From positions 60,700,001-60,764,000 of the forward strand of contig NC_086097.1 in assembly GCF_963921235.1 (NCBI RefSeq): a stretch of DNA of 64,000 nt, written 5' to 3'. The notes beneath the pieces were generated by a model, which did not search any database, was not told the origin of the DNA, and saw only the letters and a list, made by a program, of their open reading frames with translations. The translations under genes were made by a program, and so were the position numbers. Every line of letters starts with the position of its first letter. Position 1 is the stretch's first letter. Below are positions 11,936 to 24,104 of the stretch, piece by piece. Source of the DNA: Mobula hypostoma. Taxonomy: Eukaryota.

Positions 11936-12357
11936 TAATGCTCTTTATTAATGCAGCACTTGCTAAGCACATTTCCCATTGAAAATGTACTGAACAAACT
12001 AAATGCTTCATTCTCACTGTAACCTCCTGGGACCCTAAATACAATCTCACATTGCCTTAACTGCTTTGTGTATAATCGCCAAAGAAAGAGGCATCCTTAA
12101 TTTTCAAGCCTCTGTATCATTCAAGACTTTCGCTCCTGAGGTTAGTCAGATGTTGGATGGGTTTGTGCTAACTGCTGCCTTAAGGAGGTCACCCAGTCTC
12201 CATATCTAAGGACAGAACACTTCATCTACTTTTCCTTCAGCCCTAAAGGTAAGATGGAGCAGGCATAGGCCCTTGGCTGCATTACAGACTAATTCAAGTT
12301 TATTGTTATGGGCAAGTATACCCATTAAGATGCCACAGAAATCACTCTTTGCAGCAG

Positions 12358-12775
12358 TGCCCTCCAAGAGGATGACAACCTTGTTGTAGGGTTTGGGGGC
12401 TCGAACACCTCAGTGACACGGAGATCTATGTTGGCGGAGTCAGGGTTTTATGTGTTGGCTCTTGGTAGGGTCACCTATGCCAAAAAGGTCAAAGGGTAGA
12501 GGACAGAGTAAGTGTGGTCCTCCGGTCCTCCCGGTTCGAGAGTTCAGCTCAGAGCTAACAACCCTGACTGGTAAAACAAAATTGTTAAGGAAACAGCAAA
12601 GAAGAATCCTCTTGCATCTGAGGCTGATGGTATACTTGGGTCTCCAGCAGGGATTTGTATGACGGATGGTAGTGAAAACTGAGACAAAAGTACTGACATG
12701 ATGAAGGAACACTGCCAGAGATAGAGGACCTTCTTGCTGTCTTAAATGCCAGTAGGAGAACAGGCAGTAAGTAAG
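12358..12775 (+). mobile_element. Short internally deleted RTE-derived element
   Basis: RTE-type 5'-UTR motifs (tggtagggtcacctatgccaaa, gagctaacaaccctgactggtaaaa) fused to an RTE-like 3' end with a (TAAG)n tail. Candidate TSD TTGCAGCAG 12349-12357 / TTACAGCAG 12776-12784. Confidence 0.55.
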
Positions 12776-13420
12776 TTACAGCAGGCATTCAGAGTCTGCA
12801 CTATTGTCCATACAGACACTTCCTTGGCGGCCTCCTGCGAAGAATACCTGTGACCCTCCTGCACAAAGTAGATAATTGTTGCAGAAACTTCTTCACTGAA
12901 CTGTCTGGGTCTCATTTACCTTAGATCATCTTCCCACTGCCCATACCTCTCTCCCATTCTTCAAAAGAGTGTCTAGTCATTAAGTAATGGCTCTCTTCTA
13001 TAGCTGGATGAATGTTTCTTGTGATGTGCTTTATTCTTTTGAGAGCTGGCTACAAAAATGCTGAGACAATATACAGTAGATGAATAGAGTAGACACCTTG
13101 CTGAAACTGACAAAATGCAATGCTACACTTCAGGGGAGACTTGCACTTGATAATCTCAGTTTTTTTTTAATTGCTATTTTTGCACATAGCATTTGGGTTA
13201 CTAATAACACTACTTCAAAGCCATTGAAAGGAAGCGACACAATGTTTTCATCTGATGTTATTGAGGACAACACAAAGATGACAAATATAAAGAGGACCAG
13301 CATAATATTTATTGCTGAATTACAAACAAGAGAAAAGCTGTAGACGCTGGAAACCAAAGCAATACACACAAAATAATGGAGGAACTTGGCAGCCCACGTA
13401 GCACCTATGGAAAAGAGTAA

Positions 13421-13460
13421 ACAATCGACGTTTTGGGCTGAGGCCCTTCACCAGGAGTGG
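13421..13460 (-). ncRNA. Hammerhead motif in the inverted PLE arm (core mutated)
   Basis: Reverse complement reads CACTC-CTGGTGA-AGGGCCTCAGCCC-AAAA-CGTC-GATTG, with two core substitutions. Confidence 0.5.
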
Positions 13461-16178
13461 AAAAAAAAGGATGAGATGTCAGAGTAAGAAGGTGGGAGGA
13501 GGGGAGGAAGAAATACAAGGTGAAACCGGGAAAGGGGGAGGTGTGAAGTAAAGTGCTGCAAAGTTGTTTGGTGAAGAAGATAAAGTCCTGGAGAAGGGGG
13601 AATCTGATAGAAAAGGTCAGAAGGCCATGGAAGAAAGGGAAGGGGGAGCAGCACTGAAGGGAGGTGATGGACAGGTAAGGAGATAAAGTGAGAGAGGGAA
13701 ATAGAAATAGGGAATTGTGAAGGAGAGGTGGGAGTGGGCAATTACCGGAAGTATGAGAAATTGATGTTCATGCCATCAGGTTGGAGGCTTCCCAAACAGA
13801 ATATAAGGTGTTGCTCCTCCGACCTAATTGTGGCTTCATCACAGTAGTAGAGGAGGCCATGCATGGTCTAACATGTCAGAATAGGAATAGGAAGTAAAGT
13901 TGAAATGGGTGGCCACCGAGAGATCCTACTTTTTCTGGCAAATGGACAGTAGGTGCTCGGAAGCAGTCCCATAATCTACGTCAGGTCTCACCGATATACT
14001 GGAGGTCCCCACAGCTTCAAAGGTGAAGTGTCATCTCAGCTGGAAGGACAGTTTGGAGCTCTGGATGATAGTAAGGAGGAGGTGTAGGGGCAGGTGTGGT
14101 ACTTGTTCCACTAGCAAGGATTATTACCAGGAGAGAGATCAGTGGAGAGGGATCAATGGACAAAGGAGTCAGATTGGGAACAATCCCAGTGGAAAGCAGT
14201 AAGTGGGGGGACAGAGAAAGGTATGCTTGGTGGTGGGATCCCATTGGAAATGGCAGAGTTACTGAGAATTATATGCTGGACGTGAAGGCTGGTGGAAAGG
14301 TAGGTGAGAACAAGAGGAACCCTATCCCTGCTGAGGTGGCCTCAGATGGGGTAAGAGAAAATGCATTATAGATTCATCCCCCATCAGGTAGGTCACAAAG
14401 CTCTCCACTTCTTTCTGGACACCAGACTCAACTATTTTCCCTCCAGCACTACTCTGCTCCGGCTGGTGGAACAGGTCCTCACTCTCAATAATTTCTCTTT
14501 TGGCTTTTCCCACTTCCTTCAAACAAAAGATGTAGCCATGAGCACTTGCATGGGTCCCAGCTATGCCTGCCATTTTGTCAGCTATGTGTAATGGTTTAAG
14601 TTCCAAGTTTACACCAGTATTATTCCACAACTTTCCCTACACTACATCGTCGACTGAATTGGTGTTGCTTCCTGCACCCATGTTGAGCTCATCAACTTCA
14701 TCAACTTTACCTCCAACTTCCACCCTGCCGTCAAATTTGCCTGGTCTATTTCTGACAACTCCCTCCCCTTTCTCGAACTAGAGACAGTTTATTCACTGAT
14801 GTTTTTCATAAACCCACTGATTCTCACTGCTACCTGAATTATATCTCTTGTCGCTCTGTCACGTGATATCCATTCCTCTCAACTCCTCTGTCTTCAACAC
14901 ATCCGCTCCCAGGATGAAGCTTTTCAGTCTAGAACTAATGAGATGTCCTCCTTCTTCAAAAAAAAGGGGTTATCCTTCCTCCACCAACAATCTCTTCCAT
15001 TTTGCGCATGTCTGCACTCACCCTATCCACCTACTACACAACCTGGGATAGGGTTCCTCTTGTCCTCACCTACCACTCCATCAGGCTTCATGCCCAGCAC
15101 ATAATTGTCCATAGCCTCTGCCATCTCCAATGGGATCCCACCACCCAGCATATCTTGCCCTCCTACACTCTTTCTGCTTTCCACGGGCATCACTCCCTAC
15201 ATGACTCCCTTGTCCATTCCTCCCTCCCCACTGATCTCCATCCTGGTATTTATCCTTCCAAGTGGCACAAGTGATACACCTGACCCCACTCCTCCTCCCT
15301 CACTACTATTCAGGGCTCCACACAGGCCTTCGAGGAGAATCAACACTTCACCTGTGAGTCTGTTGTGGTCATCTACTGTATCCGGTGCTCCTGGTGTGGC
15401 TCCTGTATATTGATGAGATCCGACATGGATTGGGAGACTTCTTCATTATGCACCTACGCTTCGTCCACTGAAAAAAGTGGGATCTCCCGGTGGGCACCCA
15501 CTTCAGTTCTATTTCCCAACAGTCCTTGGCCTCCTCTTCCTTCTTCAGCTGTCCGTCGATTCCGATATTGACTGTGCTGAGAGGTTAGTCTCTGCAGGCA
15601 CGTTTATGGGCCTCGAGACCAGCATTGGATCGGCACTGTCTTGCACGTCGGTTGCATCTGTGATTTGACTGGTCTAGCACTGAATGTCTGCGTTCATGAC
15701 CTGCTTCATATTTCTTCTACCTCTTCTCTTCAATAGCTGGAATTGACTTCTTGACAATGCAGTGCCAACTTCTTCTAACGAAAGCATCTTTCTCCCAGGT
15801 GTTGACATTCATCTCAGTTTTCTTCATCTGGTGCTTGAGCACATCTTTGTAGCACGGCTTCTGACCACCATGCTTCCTCTTTCCTTCATGTCATAGTCAT
15901 AGTCATAGCCATACTTTATTGATCCCGGGGGAAATTGGTTTTCATTACAGTTGCACCATAAATAATAAATAGTAATAAAACCATAAATAGTTAAATAGTA
16001 ATATGTAAATTATGCCAGGAAATAAGTCCAGGACCAGCCTACTGGCTCAGGATGTCTGACCCTCCAGGGGAGGAGTTGTAAAGTTTGATGGCCACAGGCA
16101 GGAATGACTTCCTATGACGCTCAGTGTTGCATCTCAGCGGAATGAGTCTCTGGCTGAATGTACTCCTGTGCCCACCCA

Positions 16179-19100
16179 TAAGACCATAAGACAAAGGAGC
16201 AGAAGTAGGCCATTCGGCCCATCGAGTCTGCTCTACCAGTTTATCATGAGCTGATCCATTCTCCCATTTAGTCCCACTACCCCGCCTTCTCACCATAACC
16301 TTTGATGCCCTGGCTACCCATCAATCTCTGCCTTAAATACACCCAATGACTTGGCCTCCACTGCTGCCCGTGGCAACAAATTCCATAGATTCACCACCCT
16401 CTGACTAAAACAATTTCTTCGCATTTCTGTTCTGAAAGGGCGCCCTTCAATCCTGAAGTCATGCCCTCTCGTACTAGACTCCCCTATCATGGGAAACAAC
16501 TTTGCCACATCCACTCTGTCCATGCCTTTTAACATTCGAAATGTTTCTATGAGGTCTCCCCTCATTCTTCTTAACTCCAAGGAATACAGTCCAAGAGTGG
16601 ACAAACGTTCCTCATATGTTAACCCTCTCATTCCCAGAATCATTCTCGTGAATCTTCTCTGTACCCTCTCCATTGTCAGCACATCCTTTCTTAAATAAAG
16701 AGACCAAAACTGCCCACAGTACTCCAAGTGAGGTCTCACCAGCGCCTTATAGAGCCTCAACATCACATTCCTGCTCCTATACTCTATTCCTCTAGAAATG
16801 AATGCCAACATTGCATTCGCCTTCTTCACTACTGACTCAACCTGGAGGTTAACTTTAAGGGAATCCTGTACGAGGACTCCCAAGTCCCGTTGCATCTCAG
16901 AACTTTGAATTCTTTCCCCATTTAAATAATAGTCTGCCCGTTTATTTTTTCTGCCAAAGTGCATAACCATACACTTTCCAACATCGTACTTCATTTGCCA
17001 CTTCTCTGCCCATTCTTCCAATCTATCCAAGTCTCTCTGCAGACTCTCCGTTTCCTCAGCACTACCGGCCCTATCTTCGTATCGTCAGCAAACTTAGCCA
17101 CAAAGCCATCTATTCCATAATCCAGATCGTTGATGTACAATGTAAAAAGAAGCAGCCCCAACACTGATCCCTGTGGAAAACCACTGGTAACCGGCAGCCA
17201 ACCAGAATAGGATCCCTTTATTCCCACTCTCTGTTTCCTGCCAATCAGCCAACGCTCTATCCACGTATGTAACTTTCCCGTAATTCCATGGGCTCTTATC
17301 TTGTTAAGCAGCCTCATGTGTGGCACCTTGTCAAACGTCTTCTGAAAATCCAAATATACAACATCCACTGCATCTCCCTTGTCTAGCCTACTGGTAATTT
17401 CCTCAAAAAATTGTAATAGGTTTGTCAGGCAGGATTTTCCTTTAAGGAATCCATGCTGAGTTCTGCCTATCTTGTCATATGCCTCCAGGTACTCTGTAAC
17501 CTCATCCTTGACAATCGACTCCAACAACTTCCCAACCACCGACGTCAAGCTGACAGGTCTATAATTTCCTTTTTGCTTCCTTGCTCCCTTCTTAAATAGC
17601 GGAGTGACATTTGCAATCTTCCAGTCTTCCGGAACCATGCCAGAATCTATCGACTTTTGAAAGATCATCGCTAATGCCTCCGCAACCTCCACAGCTACTT
17701 CCTTCAGAACACGAGGGTGCATTCCATCTGGTCCAGGAGATTTATCGACCTTTAGCCTATTCAGCTTCCTGAGTACTTTCTCTGTCGTAATTGTGACTGC
17801 GCACACTTCTCTTCCCTGCCACCCTTGAGTGTCCGGTATCCTGCTGTCTTCCTCAGTAAAGACTGATGCAAAATACTTGTTCAGTTCCTCTGCCATCTCC
17901 TCATCTCCCATTACAATTTCTCCAGTATCATTTTCTATCTGTCCTATATCTACTCTCACCTGTCTTTTACTCTTTATATACTTGAAAAAGCTTTTAGTAT
18001 CCTCTTTGATATTATTTGCTAGTTTCCTTTCATAGTTAATCTTTTCTCTCTTAATGACCTTCTTGGTTTCCTTTTGTAAGGTTTTAAAAACTTCCCAATC
18101 CTCTGTCTTCCCACTAATTTTTGCTTCCTTGTATGCCCTCTCCTTTGCTTTAACTTTGGCTTTGACTTCTCTTGTCAACCACTGTTGCATCCTTTTTCCA
18201 CTCGAAAATTTCTTCTTTTTTGGAATATACCTGTCTTGCACATTCCTCATTTTTCGCATAAACTCCAGCCACTGCTGCTCTGCCGTCTTTCCCGCCAGTG
18301 TCTCTTTCTAGTCAACTTTGGCCAGTTCCTCTCTCATGCCACTGTAGTTTCCTTTACTCCACTGAAACACCGACACATCAGATTTCGGCTTCTCTTTTTC
18401 TAATTTCACAGTGAACTCAATCATGTTATGATCACTGCCTCCTGAGGGTTCCTTCACCTCAATCTCTCCAATCACCTCCAGTTCATTACACAATACCCAT
18501 CCAGTACAGCCGATCCCATAGTGGGCTCAACAACAAGCTGTTCTAAAAAGCCATCTCGCAGACATTCTACAAATTCTCTGTCTTGAGATCCAGTGCCGAC
18601 TTGATTTTTCCAATCTACTCGCATGTTAAAATCCCCCACAATTATCAAAGCACTGCCCTTCTGACAAGCCCTTTCTATTTCCAGTTGTAATTTGTAGTCC
18701 ACATCCCTGCAGCTGTTTGGAGGCCTATAAATAACTGCCATCAGGGTTTTTTTACCCCTGCTATTCCTTAGCTCAACCCATAAAGATTCTGCACCTTCCG
18801 ATCCTATATCACCTCTTTCTAACGATTTAATATCATTTCTTACCAATAAAGCCACGCCTCCCCCTCTGCCTACCTTCCTATCCTTCCGATACACCGTGTA
18901 TCCTTGGACGTTCAGCTCCCAGAGACATGCATCCTTTAGCCAAGTCTCAGTGATGGCCACAATATCATACCTGCCAATCTGTAGCTGTACAACAAGTTCA
19001 TCCACCTTATTCCTCATGCTGCGTGCATTTAAGTACAACACCTTAAGACCAGTATTAGATACTTTTTACTTTGATTTCACTGCAACTTTATTGCACTTCA

Positions 19101-19283
19101 ACTCATCCCAATGGCTACAATATTTGCCCCATCACCTGCCTGTCTTTCCTGACATCTTTACCGCTCACTATCTTAGATTTATTTCTGTTATCCCCTTCCT
19201 CTGCGCTATCATTCCGGTTCCCATGCCCCTGCCAAATTAATTTAAACCCTCCCTAACAGCTCTGATAAACTTTCCCTAACTTT
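16179..19283 (-). mobile_element. Young CR1 LINE with a near-complete ORF2
   Basis: TSD CCCA at 16175-16178 and 19284-19287; (TGGTCTTA)n tail; starts at about the ORF1 3' end. Confidence 0.95.
16314..19041 (-). pseudogene. CR1 ORF2 (APE endonuclease + reverse transcriptase) with a few frameshifts/stops
   Basis: YLNARS...ITETW, IYRPP, VGDFN, SDH (APE). [31 protein letters not shown] (RT). C-terminus LYKALVRPHLEY. Confidence 0.95.
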
Positions 19284-21275
19284 CCCAGTACATTATGTAG
19301 TGGATGGGAGACATTGTCCAAGATGGCATGCAACTTAGACAGCATTCTCTTTTCAGACACACCGTGAGAGAGTTCAGTTCCATCCCCACAACATCACTGG
19401 CCTTACGAATCAGTTTGTTGATTCTGTTGGTGTCTGCTACCCTCAGCCTGCTGCCCCAGCACACAACAGCAAACATGATAGCACTGGCCACCACAGACTC
19501 GTAGAACATCCTCAGCATTGTCCGGCAAATGTTAAAGGACCTCAGTCTCCTCAGGAAATAGAGACAGCTCTGATCCTTCTTGTAGACAGCCTCAGTGTTC
19601 TTTGACCAGTCCAGTTTATTGTCAATTCGTATCCCCAGGTATTTGTAATCCTCCACCATGTCCACACTGACCCCCTGGATGGAAACAGGGGTCACTGGTA
19701 CCTTCGCTCTCTTCAGGTCTACCAGCAGCTCCTTAGTCTTTTTCACATTAAGCTACAGTTAATTCTGCTCACACCATGTGACAAAGTTTCCTACCGTAGC
19801 CCTGTACTCAGCCTCATCTCCCTTGCTGATGAATCGAGCTATGGCAGAGTCATCCGAAAACTTCTGAAGATGACAAGACTCTGTGCAGTAGATGAGGTCT
19901 GAGGTGTAAAGGGTGAAAAGAAAAGGAGACAAGACAGTTCCCTGTGGAGCCCCAGTGCTTCTGATCACTCTGTCAGACACACAGTGTTGCAAGCACACGT
20001 ACTGTTGTCTGCCAGTCAGGTAATCAAGAATCCATGACACCAGGAAAGCATCCACCTGCATCGCTGTCAGCTTCTCCCCCAGCAGAGCAGGGCGGATGGT
20101 GTTGAACGCACTGGAGAAGTCAAAAAACATGACCCTCACAGTGCTCGCTGGCTTGTCCAGGTGGGCGTAGATATGGTTCAGCAGGTAGACGATGGCATCC
20201 TCAACTTCTAGTCGGGGCTGGTAGGCGAACTGGAGGGGATCTAAGTGTGGCCTGACCATAGACCGGAGCAGCTCCAGAACAAGACTCTCCAGGATCTTCA
20301 TGATGTGGGAGGTCAATGCTACTGGTCTGTAGTCATTGAGGCCGCTGGGGCGCGGCGTCTTCGGCACAGGGATGAGGCAGGATGTCTTCCACAGTAGAGG
20401 AATCCTCCGGAGCCTTAGGTTCAGGTTGTAGCTCGCCAGAGAAAACAGCTTTGGGTAAAGGATCATCGCTCATTCTTGTGACATGACCAGTCCAACACAG
20501 CTGAGAAGCTGTAATGAGCAATTCTACACTGAGATGTATTAGCACTTCCACATCTGGTACCCTCCCTTGTCACTTGATCTGTAATATTTGGCGTAAATGC
20601 CTGTGTTGTGTCTTGGTCAATTTCTCGATGTGCTTCCGATACAATGTCATCGTTTCAGTTGAATAAAGCAGAGATGGTAAAACACTTTGACCTTGGTTGC
20701 CATTTTGATGTCATGGCAAGACCAAAGTCGCTTCTGCAAAGCACCAAAGACTTTTGTAGCTGATTGAATTATCCCCTCAACTTCCAGATCTGATGAGTTC
20801 GTGTTGGTCACAGTGCTTCCTAAGTATGTGAAAGAGTCAGAATATTTCAGCGCTACCCTATTGACCGATATGACTGATTGAACTACTGCCATGATGAAGC
20901 CACATTCAGGTTGGAGGTGTAAACCTTATATTCCATTTGGGTAGTCTCCAACCTGACGGCATAAAGATCGATTTCTTGAATTTACAGTAATTGCTCCCCC
21001 CCCCAAGACTTCCTTCAGCGTTTCCCATACCTATTTCCCTCTCCCAACTTATCTCCTTATGTGCCATCATCTCCCTCTGATGTTCCTTCAGCTTCCCTTT
21101 CTTCCATGGCCTTCAGTCCTCTCCTATCAAATTTCCCCTTCTCCAGACCTTTATCTCTTTTACCAATCAACTTCCCAGCACTTTACTTCACCCCCCCCTT
21201 TCCCGGTTTCACCTATCACCTACTTCTTCTTCCCCTCCTCCCACCTTCTTACAATGACTTCTCATCTTTTGTTTC

Positions 21276-21313
21276 CAGTCCTGATGAAGGGTCTCACCCC
21301 GAAACGTCAACTG
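21276..21313 (+). ncRNA. Minimal type I hammerhead ribozyme motif (core intact)
   Basis: CAGTC-CTGATGA(21281-21287)-AGGGTCTCACCCC-GAAA(21301-21304)-CGTC-AACTG. Confidence 0.7.
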
Positions 21314-22409
21314 TTCACTCATTTCCATAGTTGGTCCAGCCTGCATTTTGTGTGTGTTGAATTTATTGCTGAATTGATGAAGTTTTGGATATTATCCTCA
21401 TTAATATCTTTCTAGCTGAATTAACTGTTCTATTTTTGGATTAAGTTCATCTTTCAAAATGGAAAAAAAAAATCTTTGCTCCAAAGAGGGTTTTTTTTGC
21501 CAAAGCTCCAAGGATTCCAATCCAGTGTAGCTGGTCTCATTGAAGTTGGCAAGTACTTTTACCATTAAGTTAGAGGAAATGATTTTCCTATAGCATGCTG
21601 TGAAAACACACTTTATGGATAATATTATTTCACTTTCAAATTCAAATGAGAGGAAAGATTCAAAGGAAAAAGCTCTTGGAGAGAGAAAAATAAAAGATCA
21701 GAGAAATATACCTTCAATTGATTCTAACTCTCATTCTCTAGCTAAGTTTATCATAATATTATCCTGCTGTGGGGAATGTAAAGATAGTACTGAGCCAAAT
21801 ACAAATTATGTAATGAAGGACGACCCAGTTCTTAGTCCATCCACTTCAAAAGAACAGCAACTTGCAAGTTTGGCTTGCTCCCATTTAAAAATAACAGCAT
21901 TTTATTTTGGCTTTAATCAATATCAGGCGGAACATTGGAATATAGGTTTAGGAGCAGGAGTACACCACCTGGCCTTTTGAGTCTGCTGCAGCATTCATTA
22001 AGGTCTTTTATCTCAAAACCACTTTCCTCAATGGACAGCATGTCCTTCCATTTTCTTAAATATATTTATGCCTAAACTTCCACAGGTTGACCTAGTAATG
22101 AATCCCAGAGATTCACTATTAGAGTGGGTGAACAGATCACTTGTCTCAGTGCTAAATACCCAATCTCATACTTTGTGATCATTGGTATTAGATAACCAAT
22201 GAAGGGAAACAACATCTTTACCTCTTCCATGTCAAGACCTGTAAGCATTTTTTGATGTTTTGAGTGATGCCATTCATTTCCTAGGCACTGTCTTATTCTC
22301 CAGTGGGAGGTCTAATTATGTATTCTATTCTTAGGACCTCTATGTATTGATTAAGGAAACTTTCTTGAGCACATTTAACAAACTCTATCCCATTCAGCTC
22401 CTTTACAGT

Positions 22410-23615
22410 ATGGAAGTCTCGATCAATATGTGGAAAGTTAAAATCACTTACTCTCACAACCTTATGTTACTTGCAACAGTCACAATTTCTCTACAAGTTT
22501 TCTCCTCTAAATCCCATGGACTGTTGGATGATCTATAATATAATCCCATCAACAAGGTCATCACTTTCTTATTCCCAGTTCTATCAATATAGACAAACTC
22601 TGCAGATTGTCCTGTCCGAGCACTGCCATGACATTTTCCCTGACTAGTAATGCCACCACTGCCCCTTTAATCCCTCCTGTTTTATCTTGTCTAAAGCAAT
22701 AGTTTCCTGAAACATTGTGCTACCAGCTCTGCCCCTCCCGCAACTAAGTCTCACTAATGGCTGCAATGACATAATTCCACGTGCAGGTCCATGTTATTAG
22801 CCTTCCTATAATACTCCTTGCATTGAAATATACACAATTCAGAACTTTAGTCCCAACATGTTCAACTGACTTTGTATGTAGACTTAACAACATCTTTCCC
22901 CACAACCACTCCACTATCTGTTCTGGCACTCTGGTTTTCATCCCCATGCATCTCTAGATTAAATCTGCCACACTAGCAAACCTTCCTACCAGGATATTAA
23001 TCTCCATCCAGTTGAGGTACAACCCATTATACCTTCGCTGGAAGAGAGTCCAATGATCCAAAGATCTGAAGCCCTCCTTCCTACACTAACTCCTTGGCCA
23101 TGTGTTAAAATGCATGATCTTCCTAGTTCAGGCTTCACTGGCATGTAACATGGGTAGCAATTCTGAGATCACAACAAAGGATATCCTATCCTTTAACTTT
23201 GTACCTAACTCCCACTTTGCAGAACTTCACCCCTCTTCCTACCTATGTCATTGGTACCTATATGGACCATGACCTCTGGCTGTTCATTCTCCCACTTGAA
23301 AATGCTGGGGACTCGATCCATGATGTCCATAACCCCAGCACTTGGGAGGAAACATACTGTCTGGAAAGCTTGTTCTCATCCACAGAACCTCCTGTCTGTT
23401 CCCCTATCCATTGAACTCCCTATCTCTACAGCTCACCTCTTTTCTCCCTTCCCTTCTGAGACACAGAGATGGACTCAGAGCCAGAGACCTGACCACCGTG
23501 CTTTCCTATGCTGTGACAGTCCTACTCCCCCCAACAGTATCCAAAGCAATATACCTGTTATTGTGGTATTCTGCACTAGTTGCCTACCATCCTTTCCCCT
23601 CCTGATGGTCATCTA
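22410..23615 (-). mobile_element. CR1 fragment (ORF1 esterase region and start of ORF2), decayed
   Basis: VLNCVYFNARSIIG...TWNYVIAAISET in ORF 22744-22947(-); upstream sequence is homologous to ORF1 at 41450-41930. Confidence 0.8.
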
Positions 23616-23619
23616 ACCT

Positions 23620-23868
23620 CTTTTGAATGGCCTCTGCCTAGAATGTAATTATGCAAAATCCAATGTCCCCTAGTGATATTTAGCATGTAGAATGTCCTGA
23701 ATGCTCCACTTCCTTCTTTTGAAATCTCTCTCTTGTTTCGTAAGATCCAACATCTCCTATCAATGTGTGGTGCATGGAATGTCCCAACTGCCCCCGCTTG
23801 TTTCTTTTGAAATCCCTCTCCCACTATATAGAATCCAACATCTCCTATCAATGTGTTGTGTGTAGAAT
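23620..23868. repeat. Degenerate 87-88 bp minisatellite, ~2.8 units
   Basis: ATCCAA anchors at 23658, 23745 and 23833. ATCCAACATCTCCTATCAATGTGT is identical in units 2 and 3. Confidence 0.8.
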
Positions 23869-24104
23869 GAAAGACTAAACCATGGCTACATATTCATGCC
23901 AACCACTACGACCTCATCCTCCCAGTTGGTTGTCCATATTAACTTGTCCAACTGTATAAATATACTGCACCACATAAAGTGGAAATCAGTATTTGATATT
24001 CTGATGTGTATAACTCAGCTGTTGTGCCTTACAGATTTTCTACCACAAATTGCATAATTCAATAGCATGATTGTACCTACTTGCCCCGGTAAGAGTATCT
24101 CAGA

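Larger units (their letters stand above)
15891..20428 (-). mobile_element. Rex1/Babar LINE, 5'-truncated, split by CR1 (pieces 15891-16178 and 19284-20428)
   Basis: ORFs 19759-20466 and 19276-19746: NDYRPVALTSHIMK, LDPLQFAYQ, FFDFSSAFNTI, GAPQGTVLSPFLF, QKFSDD. (TATGAC)n tail. Near-identical to the copies at 35572 and 51499. Confidence 0.93.
15538..20882 (-). mobile_element. RTE-clade LINE 3' part, split by a Rex1 insertion (pieces 15538-15890 and 20429-20882)
   Basis: FTYLGS...; QLCWTGHVTRMSDDPLPKAVFSGEL joins in frame to HEGKRKHGGQKPCYKDVLK across the insert; short (GAA)n-like tail. Confidence 0.85.
14372..20990 (+). pseudogene. PLE reverse transcriptase + GIY-YIG endonuclease, split at 15537/20883
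   Basis: IPHQ...TTLLRLVEQVLTLNNFSFG.SHFLQTKDVAMSTCMGPSYA (PLE RT); RVPLVLTYH; VIYCIRCSWCG (GIY-YIG region). Reading resumes at YCHDEATFRLE...LGSLQPDGIKIDF after 20883. Confidence 0.88.
13322..21360 (+). mobile_element. Penelope-like element with ~1 kb inverted 3' arm and 15-bp TSD, carrying three nested LINEs
   Basis: ATTTATTGCTGAATT at 13307-13321 and 21361-21375. Minus-strand arm 13322-~14362. Plus-strand body ~14372-15537 plus 20883-21360, ending TGTGTGTTGA. Confidence 0.9.

Noticed and set aside
16991..18259. 422-aa RT ORF as a bacterial retron, group II intron or domesticated host gene
   Set aside because: It is part of a TSD-flanked CR1 ORF2 with an APE domain, frameshifts and many paralogues in the window.
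21600..21980. 126-aa ORF in mostly unique sequence
   Set aside because: GTG start, no recognisable domain or convincing splice sites, and its end runs into an old CR1 tail.
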